From assembly GCA_048595405.1 (NCBI GenBank), contig JBJPGB010000051.1, positions 8,551 to 72,550 on the forward strand: DNA of 64,000 nucleotides, given 5' to 3'. This document shows positions 1-8,330 of the stretch, one piece after another. Origin of the DNA: Methylophagaceae bacterium. Lineage in GTDB: Bacteria; Pseudomonadota; Gammaproteobacteria; Nitrosococcales; Methylophagaceae. A program made the translations under genes and the position numbers. The stretch's first letter is position 1, and each line of letters starts with the position of its first letter. The notes beneath the pieces are model-generated. The model was given only the letters and a program-made list of their open reading frames with translations. It was not told where the DNA came from and searched no databases.

Positions 1-1
1 A

Positions 2-265
2 GTCATCATAGAAGCACAGCAACAGGGGCGCGATATTGGCAGCTTGCATACATTAAACAAATATCAACGTCGTAGAAAAGGCGATAATATTGCCATGCAA
101 ATGACGATGGATGCCTTTAAACATGTCTTTGGCAGTGAACTTGCCCCTATTCGATGGGCTCGTCGATTGGGGCTTAAAACGGTTAATCAATCCACTCTAC
201 TTAGAAACTTGTTTATGCATCAAGCTTCTGGACATCGATTTGCCAATCCTAAACTAAGTAAATGA
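2..265 (+). CDS. C-terminal fragment (5' end outside window) of a UbiH/UbiF/UbiI-family FAD-dependent hydroxylase
   Basis: The frame is open from nt 2. The tail LNKYQRRRKGDNIAMQ..FKHVFGS..PIRWARRLGL resembles the conserved C-terminal region of ubiquinone hydroxylases. Confidence 0.55.
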   Translation, partial: VIIEAQQQGRDIGSLHTLNKYQRRRKGDNIAMQMTMDAFKHVFGSELAPIRWARRLGLKTVNQSTLLRNLFMHQASGHRFANPKLSK

Positions 266-272
266 CATTAAT

Positions 273-467
273 TTACTGGGTTTTTTGTTCAATAAGTTCA
301 CGTTGCTGCTGTGCTGACTGATTAATTAAAGCTTCAATATCTTGTGCTTTATCAATCATTTCGGTCTGCTCTTTCCAGACATGTTCACCTTCAGGAACCT
401 TGTTATCATCTGAACATGCAACTAAACACAGTGTGGCAAAGACTACCCATAATAACTTCATCATCAT
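273..467 (-). CDS. small secreted lipoprotein (about 64 aa), function unknown
   Basis: ORF 273..509 trimmed to MMMKLLWVVFATLCLVAC, a signal peptide plus lipobox. An AGAGG Shine-Dalgarno-like motif lies upstream of the ATG at 467. Confidence 0.5.
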   Translation of the reverse strand: MMMKLLWVVFATLCLVACSDDNKVPEGEHVWKEQTEMIDKAQDIEALINQSAQQQRELIEQKTQ

Positions 468-486
468 TCTTGACCTCTTGTTATAC

Positions 487-517
487 AAAAGCCACGCAAT
501 GCATGACATTGTGTGGC
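487..517 (-). terminator. rho-independent terminator-like hairpin after the TM-helix-repeat gene
   Basis: An 11-bp stem (491-501 / 507-517, one mismatch) with a 5-nt loop, followed on the minus strand by TTTTGT. Confidence 0.45.
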
Positions 518-555
518 TCTCATAATAGACGTAATACTAAAAAATAATTTTTAAT

Positions 556-1734
556 TTATTTTTTAGTTTTTACTAGTTTTTTAGCCCAATCATCAGTAAT
601 TGTTTTAGCTGCATCGCGGCCACCCAAGCCAAATGCCAATGCAAATGCAACGGCAACACTACCCAGCGTCAGACCAAATGCCATATTCACAATATTGTCT
701 GCTAAACCCATAGCGCGTAAACCCATAGCAAGTACAAGACCGATAATTGCAAATCGAGCAATGTTAGCTACCGTGTCATTACCGGCTGCAGTAAGTTTTT
801 GATGTGCAATATTACCAAGTACATTACCAATGATCAGAATTACAGCACCAATTAAGATACCGCCACCAAATTCTATTACCTTGGCAAAAATAGTCGAAAT
901 AATATTGATACCCAGAATATTAACGGCGGCTGTAGCAGCAGCTAGCATTGAAAAGAACATTACCGTGCCACCAATTAGTTTAGTCACGGTAAAGTTTTCA
1001 GTGAACAATCCTTGCATTCCTAATTTTTCTGGCATGGCATTAACGCCTAAGCCATCAAGCAAACTCGTCAACAGATAAATAACAAATTTAGCTGCAAAAT
1101 AGGCCACTAGAAGAACCACTGTTGCACCAATAATATTAGGTATGGCGGTCATCAATTCCTGAATCATTGCCGAAGCAGGCTGAGAAATAGCAGGAATGCT
1201 TAATACCCCTAAGGCACTGACAGCTATCGGTAATAAAATAGCAATAAATACAAAGGCACTACCAAAAGCGGATATTTTTAAATCGGTATTGCCTGTTTTC
1301 TCGGCAATTTGCACATCTATTTTTGATAGACCTACTTTCACTAATTGAGAGGCTACTTTAGCAATGATCCAACCAGCATAAGCAATAACACCTGCACCAA
1401 TAATGCCTGGAATCGCTTCCATAAATTTAGTGGTCATTTCTTTAAGTGGCGCTAATACATCCGTGAGATTGAAATATTGCAATACCACCATTAATACAAA
1501 TATCGTTAATACTGCTTTAATTAATGATGCGATAGGTGTTGCAAAGTCAGTTGTTGTACCGTCATCATCGGTATAATTTAAGAAAGAAATCTTTGAAAGA
1601 CCTGATTTGATGAATTTAGAGGCGGCCTTAATAACAAACAAACCAACGATTAATATCGCCAAGCCTATTAATGCATGACCTAAGGGACTATCGAAAAAAC
1701 TATTTGTTCTCATATTGTCTAGTAACTGATCCAT
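556..1734 (-). CDS. polytopic membrane protein with four copies of a 'conserved TM helix' repeat
   Basis: 392-aa hydrophobic ORF. Units resembling AIPGIIGAGVIAYAGWIIAKVASQLVKVGLSKI recur four times, as in MscS-N-terminal-type TM_helix repeats. Confidence 0.7.
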   Translation of the reverse strand: MDQLLDNMRTNSFFDSPLGHALIGLAILIVGLFVIKAASKFIKSGLSKISFLNYTDDDGTTTDFATPIASLIKAVLTIFVLMVVLQYFNLTDVLAPLKEMTTKFMEAIPGIIGAGVIAYAGWIIAKVASQLVKVGLSKIDVQIAEKTGNTDLKISAFGSAFVFIAILLPIAVSALGVLSIPAISQPASAMIQELMTAIPNIIGATVVLLVAYFAAKFVIYLLTSLLDGLGVNAMPEKLGMQGLFTENFTVTKLIGGTVMFFSMLAAATAAVNILGINIISTIFAKVIEFGGGILIGAVILIIGNVLGNIAHQKLTAAGNDTVANIARFAIIGLVLAMGLRAMGLADNIVNMAFGLTLGSVAVAFALAFGLGGRDAAKTITDDWAKKLVKTKK

Positions 1735-1781
1735 ATTTATATCCTTACTTTCCTGTGATTATGAAAGAGTCAAATTATAAC

Positions 1782-2501
1782 CTAGATTGGTAAAAACATC
1801 AGTGAGGCGGCTTTAACCACTACCGTCTTGATTAAACGACCTGTTTTATTGGAAATAATTTCAGCTAGATTATCCTGTGTTGCAATCAAACGGCCAATAA
1901 GTCGCTGATAACTCAAGTTTCGCTGCTCGCCTTCAATACTGTCACTCATCAATAATAATCGACCGTTAATATCTCGTTTTTCAGCTAATAACCATGCTGA
2001 AATCTCAATATTTCGAGCACTGTTATAGAGCTTTTGCTCATTGATACTGGTGAAATAATAAAACTCGGTATGGTTATCATAAGATGCCATAATCATCATT
2101 CTTAAACCGACAATAAAGGGTAATACACGATCGGTTCCCTGATAAGTCTCATCAAGCGCAATGCGAACAATATCGGTCGGTTTCATGGACTGCCATTGTG
2201 GATAATATTTATCATGGGGGGTGGCAAAAACTAAATCCACACTAGCTTCAATAGCACGGCGCTTTTCATCATGCCGACCTTCGGGATTACGTCGATACAA
2301 TTTTACCATCAGCTCTTTAAGATCGCGCATGGCTGCACGCTGATGATGCTCAATCACTTCATTGATATCACTTTTAGCCAGTCTTGCAATACCCGCATTA
2401 CTAGGATCGGTTGCCACTATTTTGGGTTGCGATTGCATACTGCTACACGCAACTAAACTCAAACAACACAGTACTAATATCGCCGCACTAAACTGTTTCA
2501 T
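1782..2501 (-). CDS. lipoprotein of unknown function
   Basis: ORF 1782..2540 trimmed to MKQFSAAILVLCCLSLVACSS, a signal peptide plus lipobox. I recognise no motif beyond that. Confidence 0.6.
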   Translation of the reverse strand: MKQFSAAILVLCCLSLVACSSMQSQPKIVATDPSNAGIARLAKSDINEVIEHHQRAAMRDLKELMVKLYRRNPEGRHDEKRRAIEASVDLVFATPHDKYYPQWQSMKPTDIVRIALDETYQGTDRVLPFIVGLRMMIMASYDNHTEFYYFTSINEQKLYNSARNIEISAWLLAEKRDINGRLLLMSDSIEGEQRNLSYQRLIGRLIATQDNLAEIISNKTGRLIKTVVVKAASLMFLPI

Positions 2502-2823
2502 CAAATAACCGTTGGGCTGACTCTGATGATAATTCCGCAATTTTTAAATATTGTTGAACACCTACTGGTAAAGGTTTGGGTTCCTGCTGCGAAAAAGACT
2601 TATTATCTGTTGCTAACAAACGAACAAATTGGGCTTGCTGAGCATCTTCACCTCTTATTACTCGCTGTTGAGAGGGATATTCAAGTTTTGTTTGTGACGC
2701 TCCTCCATCGGTCAAGGCAAAACTTGACGTTGAATCAATGGTGACGGGGAGACGTGAGGTATTCTGAAGTTCTGAAGACTTCGGGCTAAATGTTATGGCG
2801 AGTGGAGCACCATTGACTTGCAT
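2488..2823 (-). CDS. hypothetical protein translationally coupled to rhlB
   Basis: Its ATG overlaps the rhlB stop as TAATG. 111 aa, with no signal peptide and no recognisable motif. Confidence 0.4.
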   Translation of the reverse strand: MQVNGAPLAITFSPKSSELQNTSRLPVTIDSTSSFALTDGGASQTKLEYPSQQRVIRGEDAQQAQFVRLLATDNKSFSQQEPKPLPVGVQQYLKIAELSSESAQRLFDETV

Positions 2824-4121
2824 TAATTGGCCTGACTCCCTGCAGGCTTACGGCTTGTTCGATGAGGCCGCTTATTATTGCGATTACCCTTTGGGCCTTG
2901 TTTATTGTGATGTGTTGGTGGTCTTTTTTCTGGTCTCTTTGCCGGGAGTACTTTTTCTAATTGCTCATCTGATGCTGCTGCAACAGGTAGTTTATGTTTA
3001 ATATAGTGCTCAATATCGGGCAATGAAAATGCATAGTCTTCGCAAGCAAAACTAATAGCAACTCCGCTCGCACCTGCTCTAGCAGTTCGACCAATCCGGT
3101 GTACATAGTCCTCAGCATCTTGAGGTAAATCATAATTAAATATATGACTCACTTCTGGAATGTGTAACCCTCGGGCAGCCACATCTGTGGCTACTAAAAA
3201 AGGAAACTCGCCATCTTGGAAATGTTTTAATAAGCTTTCACGTTTTTTCTGTGGCACATCACCTGATAATAGTGCCGCCTTGTGACCATTCCCTTCTAAA
3301 AATCCCCATACCCGATCTGCAACACGTTTGGTATTTACAAATACAATGCCACGTGTCGGCTGGATCCGTTTAATCAATGCCAATAATAATGGAATTTTTT
3401 CTTCATTCGCTGGGTAATAGATGCTTTCTTCTATTCGATCACCTGCCACTTTGCCAGCGGCTACTTCTACCTTTTCAGGATTATTCATGTGTTCATAGGC
3501 AAGTTCGGTGACCTTGTAACTCAATGTTGCTGAGAACAGCATGCCTAAACGTTCGGTAGGTTTGGGCACACGTCGTAAGAAGTAGCGCACATCTTTGATA
3601 AAGCCTAAATCAAACATTCTATCGGCTTCATCTAATACCACCGCTTGCACAAATTTCAAATTGAAAACGCGTTGTTTATGATAATCCAATAATCGTCCCG
3701 GCGTGCCAATCAAAACATCAACACCCTCGGTAATTGCTGTTTTTTGTTTTTCGTAATCCTTGCCACCATAGGAGACAACAATGCGCAACTTAGCATCCTT
3801 ATTAAGTAGATGAGCATCTTTTGCAATTTGATTTGCAAGCTCTCTCGTCGGGGCTAAAATGAAGGCTCGAGGTTGCTTACCATCCCAATTTTGAATAGGC
3901 TGTTCAGTCAATAATCGTTGAAAAGTAGCTAATAAAAAGGCAATTGTTTTACCTGTTCCGGTCTGCGCCTGCCCTGCTACATCTTGTCCTGACAGTAATA
4001 GTGGCAATGACTGCGCTTGAATAGGCGTGCAAAACTCAAAGCCTGCACTCCGCAGGCCATTTTGAAGCGTCTCATGCAAAGGTAATGATGAAAAAGCCTG
4101 CTCTGTTAAATGTGTACTCAT
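2823..4121 (-). CDS. rhlB: ATP-dependent RNA helicase RhlB
   Basis: Near-colinear with remembered E. coli RhlB: HLTEQ.F, AGQAQTGTGKT, DEADRM, SAT, HRIGRTARAG and a basic R/K-rich tail. It is divergent from trxA, as in E. coli. Confidence 0.9.
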   Translation of the reverse strand: MSTHLTEQAFSSLPLHETLQNGLRSAGFEFCTPIQAQSLPLLLSGQDVAGQAQTGTGKTIAFLLATFQRLLTEQPIQNWDGKQPRAFILAPTRELANQIAKDAHLLNKDAKLRIVVSYGGKDYEKQKTAITEGVDVLIGTPGRLLDYHKQRVFNLKFVQAVVLDEADRMFDLGFIKDVRYFLRRVPKPTERLGMLFSATLSYKVTELAYEHMNNPEKVEVAAGKVAGDRIEESIYYPANEEKIPLLLALIKRIQPTRGIVFVNTKRVADRVWGFLEGNGHKAALLSGDVPQKKRESLLKHFQDGEFPFLVATDVAARGLHIPEVSHIFNYDLPQDAEDYVHRIGRTARAGASGVAISFACEDYAFSLPDIEHYIKHKLPVAAASDEQLEKVLPAKRPEKRPPTHHNKQGPKGNRNNKRPHRTSRKPAGSQAN

Positions 4122-4224
4122 AGAAATACTTGCATTACCTTTGCTGATAGGAAAAAATATTACTTAATTTGGTGTGCGTGAGTATAGCCCTCCAATAATT
4201 TATATACCACCGGAGATAAGAAAC

Positions 4225-4551
4225 ATGAGCGAAAATGTCACCAATGTGACTGATGGCGATTTTGAAAGCCAAGTACTGCAGTCTGACTTACCTGTATTAG
4301 TTGATTACTGGGCGGAATGGTGTGGACCTTGCAAAATGATCGCCCCTATTCTGGAAGAAATTGGCGCTGAATATGCAGGCAAATTAACTGTCTGTAAGCT
4401 TAATATTGATGAAAATGCAGACACACCACCTCGCTATGGCATTCGTGGTATTCCTACGCTGATGTTATTTAAAGGCGGTGAAGTAGAAGCAACTAAAGTA
4501 GGCGCTCTAACTAAATCACAGTTAACTGCATTTTTAGATAGCAATATTTAA
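4225..4551 (+). CDS. trxA: thioredoxin 1
   Basis: WCGPC active site, 108 aa starting from MSENV. A GGAGA ribosome-binding site sits upstream of the ATG at 4225. The listed ORF start at 4174 is probably too long. Confidence 0.95.
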   Translation: MSENVTNVTDGDFESQVLQSDLPVLVDYWAEWCGPCKMIAPILEEIGAEYAGKLTVCKLNIDENADTPPRYGIRGIPTLMLFKGGEVEATKVGALTKSQLTAFLDSNI

Positions 4552-4847
4552 ATAACAACTCAGCGTCGTTATCTTTTACACCATAACTGCGTTATTTTCG
4601 CACTCAAATGGTCGCATATTTTGATATGTGCACATTCTCCGTGGCGAAAAAGCCTTGTCCTGAAACAAAATTCAAACTCTCTGAATCATTATTTTTCATA
4701 ATACTCAGTTAGCTTAAACTTAAAATCAATATTTTTTCGTGACGTTAAGAAAGCGCTGCACGAAAAACCGCAGTGTACATTTAGTACATGAGAATTTGAG
4801 TACAGGGCTGACGTAAAGATCGCGTAAAAAGGTGGTTTTATCTTCCT

Positions 4848-7016
4848 ATGGATGTTTCTGAATTACTAAATGATCTAAATAAACCTCAACGCGATGCCGT
4901 TGCGGCGCCATTAGGCCATGCCCGAATATTAGCCGGTGCAGGCAGTGGTAAAACACGAGTATTAGTCCACCGTATTGCTTGGCTGATTCAAGCGGAAGCG
5001 CTCTCCCCTGCTAACATCCTTGCAGTGACTTTCACCAATAAAGCTGCCGCAGAAATGCGTGGCAAAATCGAATATATGTTGGGTTATCCCCTCGGTGGTA
5101 TGTGGGTAGGTACTTTTCATGGCCTCGCTCATCGCTTACTTCGAGCCCATTGGAAAGATGCGGATCTACCACAAAGTTTTCAGATCTTAGACAGTGATGA
5201 TCAACTCCGGATGTTAAAGCGCATTATGCGCGGTATGGAGTTAGATGAAGCTCAATGGCCTGCTAAACAGGCGCAGTGGTTTATTAATGCTCAAAAAGAT
5301 GAAGGTCTACGGCCTAAGCATATTCAAGCTGGCAATGATCCTTATTCACAGAAAATGTTGGCGATCTATCAAATATATGAAGATAGCTGTCAACGTGCAG
5401 GCGTTATTGATTTTGGTGAAATATTATTACGTTGTCATGAGTTATGGCTAAAACGTCCCGATATTCTGGCAAGTTATCAACAACGTTTTTCACAAATTCT
5501 GGTTGATGAGTTTCAAGATACCAATACTATTCAATACGCTTGGTTACGCTTGCTCGCGGGTGAAACAGGCCATTTATTTATTGTTGGTGATGATGATCAA
5601 TCTATTTACGGTTGGCGCGGTGCCAAAATTGAGAATATTCAAAAATTCCATCAGGATTACCCTGATGCCGACACAGTTCGCCTAGAACAAAATTATCGTT
5701 CTACTGGTAATATTCTTGCTGGTGCCAATGCCGTTATCGCCAATAATAGTGAACGCTTAGGCAAAGAATTATGGACCAATGATAACGATGGTGAATTGAT
5801 CCAAGTTTACAATGCCTATAATGAACGTGATGAAGCGGCTTATCTTGTCGACCAAGTTAAAATATGGGTTGATAAGGGCGGTAACCGAGCTGATAATGCG
5901 GTGTTATATCGTTCCAATGCTCAATCCCGGGTGATTGAAGAAGCCTTATTACAAGCCAATATGCCCTATCGTGTTTATGGTGGTTTGCGCTTCTTCGAGC
6001 GTGCTGAAATCAAAGATGTATTGTCTTACTTAAGATTGGTTGCTAATCACAATGATGATGCAGCCTTCGAACGTGTGGTTAATACGCCTACCCGCGGTAT
6101 TGGTGCGGCGACACTCACCCAATTACGCCAATATGCTCGCGAACAAAGTCAAACTATGTGGCAAGCAACAGTTGAACTTTTAAGTACTCAATTTTTTGCT
6201 GCTCGTGCAGGCAATGCCTTAACAGGATTCTTATCTTTAATTGATTCATTAACACCTGAAGATGACACTATACCTTTACATGAGCTGACATCTTTGGTGA
6301 TTGATGAAAGTGGCTTACGAACACATTTCGATAAAGATAAATCTGAAAAAGGCCAAGGTCGTATCGAAAACTTAGATGAACTCATTAATGCCACCCGTCA
6401 ATTCAAAATGCCTGAAGAGGCTGAACTAGATATGCCTTTATTAGATGCATTTTTATCTCATGCAGCCTTAGAGGCTGGCGACAATCAAGCCGACAAATGG
6501 GAAGATTGCGTGCAATTAATGACGCTACATTCTGCCAAAGGACTAGAGTTTCCAGTGGTGTTTATGGTGGGTATGGAAGAAGGTTTGTTTCCCGGACAAA
6601 AGACCAGTGATGATCCAGCACGACTCTCAGAAGAACGTCGTCTTTGTTATGTCGGCATGACACGCGCTTGCCAACAACTTTACCTATTACATACCGAATC
6701 ACGTTTTTTATATGGTCAGGAAATGTCACCTAGTCCATCACGATTTTTACGTGAGATTCCACCCGAACGAGTTGAAGAAATTCGCGCTAGAAGAAATGTA
6801 GTAAGCAGTGGTTATTCCCCCATGCCACCAAAACATACTTATGCCCTTAATGAAACAGGATTCAAACCCGGACAGCAAGTTCATCATCAAAAATTTGGTT
6901 CTGGAACAGTGATTGATACTGAAGGTTCTGGTAAAAATGCTCGGATCCAAGTTAATTTCAAACATGCGGGTAGCAAGTGGTTAGTGTTAGCCTATGCCAA
7001 ACTAGAAACAATTTAA
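4848..7016 (+). CDS. uvrD: DNA helicase II UvrD
   Basis: 722 aa, colinear with E. coli UvrD from MDVS.LL..LN..QR.AVAAP through AGAGSGKTRVLVHRIAWL, DEFQDTN, VGDDDQSIYGWRGA and the FG.GT...EGSG C-terminus. Confidence 0.93.
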   Translation: MDVSELLNDLNKPQRDAVAAPLGHARILAGAGSGKTRVLVHRIAWLIQAEALSPANILAVTFTNKAAAEMRGKIEYMLGYPLGGMWVGTFHGLAHRLLRAHWKDADLPQSFQILDSDDQLRMLKRIMRGMELDEAQWPAKQAQWFINAQKDEGLRPKHIQAGNDPYSQKMLAIYQIYEDSCQRAGVIDFGEILLRCHELWLKRPDILASYQQRFSQILVDEFQDTNTIQYAWLRLLAGETGHLFIVGDDDQSIYGWRGAKIENIQKFHQDYPDADTVRLEQNYRSTGNILAGANAVIANNSERLGKELWTNDNDGELIQVYNAYNERDEAAYLVDQVKIWVDKGGNRADNAVLYRSNAQSRVIEEALLQANMPYRVYGGLRFFERAEIKDVLSYLRLVANHNDDAAFERVVNTPTRGIGAATLTQLRQYAREQSQTMWQATVELLSTQFFAARAGNALTGFLSLIDSLTPEDDTIPLHELTSLVIDESGLRTHFDKDKSEKGQGRIENLDELINATRQFKMPEEAELDMPLLDAFLSHAALEAGDNQADKWEDCVQLMTLHSAKGLEFPVVFMVGMEEGLFPGQKTSDDPARLSEERRLCYVGMTRACQQLYLLHTESRFLYGQEMSPSPSRFLREIPPERVEEIRARRNVVSSGYSPMPPKHTYALNETGFKPGQQVHHQKFGSGTVIDTEGSGKNARIQVNFKHAGSKWLVLAYAKLETI

Positions 7017-7030
7017 TTTAGGAAAGATTT

Positions 7031-8134
7031 ATGCTTAGCCACAATTTCACTCGCAGCCTATTCCTCAGTTTATTGATACTCACTCTGACAGCCTGTGGGC
7101 CAGAAGAATCTAGTAATAGCAATTCAGCAACTGTTGACGCGAGTAAAACCTATAACTGGAAGATGGTCACAACTTGGCCCCCGGGATTTCCAGTATTACA
7201 AGAAGGTGCCGAACGTTTTGCTCAAAATATCAACGATATGTCTAATGGCCGTCTTGCCATTAAAGTTTATGCAGGTGGTGAATTAATTCCACCATTGCAA
7301 ACCTTTGACGCAGTTTCACAAGGTACGGTTGAAATGGGCCATGGCAGTGCCTATTACTGGGCAGGAAAAGTCCCTGAAGCACAGTTTTTCTCTACTGTGC
7401 CTTTTGGCATGACAGCTCGCGGTATGAATGCATGGTTATATGATGGTGGCGGTCTTGAGCTATGGCGTGAAGTTTATAAACCATTCCATGTTGTACCCTT
7501 TCCTCTCGGTAATACGGGTGTGCAAATGGGTGGATGGTTTAATAAAGAAATTAACTCATTAGAAGATATTAAAGGTCTGAAAATGCGTATTCCCGGTCTT
7601 GGTGGCAAAGTATTTGCTAAAGCTGGCGGTAATCCTGTGTTACTCGCGGGCAGTGAGGTTTATACCGCATTAGAGCGCAATACCATTGATGCCACTGAAT
7701 GGATTGGCCCTTTTCATGATCAGCGTTTAGGTTTATACCGTGCCGCTGAACATTATTATTATCCCGGTTGGCATGAACCTGGCACGGTATTAGAACTGAC
7801 TATTAATCAACGTGCATGGGATTCATTACCTGCTGACTTACAAGCGATTGTGACTAATGCAGCGATGGCTGAAAATGGTCGAATGTTCTCTGAAATGGAA
7901 CAAAAAAACTTGTCCGCATTGCAAGAATTAAAAGATCGCCCTAAGGTGAAAATACATCGTTTCCCCGATGATGTATTAGCGAAATTAAGAGTCTTGACTG
8001 ATGAAACATTAGCCGAAGAAGCGGCGACCAATTCAGAATTCAAACGTATCTATGATGCTTATCAAGCCTTTCGTGAGCAAAATGATGCTTGGTCTGACAT
8101 TTCAGAAAATGCCTATTTAGCAATTGAAAAATAA
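7031..8134 (+). CDS. TRAP-transporter DctP-family substrate-binding protein, lipoprotein-anchored
   Basis: Lipobox LTLTAC and a DctP-type periplasmic binding fold signature (WKMVTTWP...AGGELIP..FDAVS.GTVEMGH). No DctQ/DctM gene is adjacent. Confidence 0.75.
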   Translation: MLSHNFTRSLFLSLLILTLTACGPEESSNSNSATVDASKTYNWKMVTTWPPGFPVLQEGAERFAQNINDMSNGRLAIKVYAGGELIPPLQTFDAVSQGTVEMGHGSAYYWAGKVPEAQFFSTVPFGMTARGMNAWLYDGGGLELWREVYKPFHVVPFPLGNTGVQMGGWFNKEINSLEDIKGLKMRIPGLGGKVFAKAGGNPVLLAGSEVYTALERNTIDATEWIGPFHDQRLGLYRAAEHYYYPGWHEPGTVLELTINQRAWDSLPADLQAIVTNAAMAENGRMFSEMEQKNLSALQELKDRPKVKIHRFPDDVLAKLRVLTDETLAEEAATNSEFKRIYDAYQAFREQNDAWSDISENAYLAIEK

Positions 8135-8330
8135 CATTGCTTAGATTTACCTGAGGGTCAAGCCGGGTAATAAACCGTCACTCTTCTCAGCGCTAGAATA
8201 TATTGATGAACAGATAGCCAAAGCTGACGTATTGGTTAAAGATATTTAAGTGTAAAGTAGCCACCAGCTTAAAACTGATTTATGATTAAGTCATCCTACA
8301 CCTAAGGTTTAGTAATAGATTCTATTCAGC

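Noticed and set aside
4552-4847. A LexA/SOS box in front of uvrD.
   Set aside because: I scanned the spacer by eye for CTGT-N8-ACAG and found none. The absence is noted in a finding but cannot be asserted without a matrix scan.
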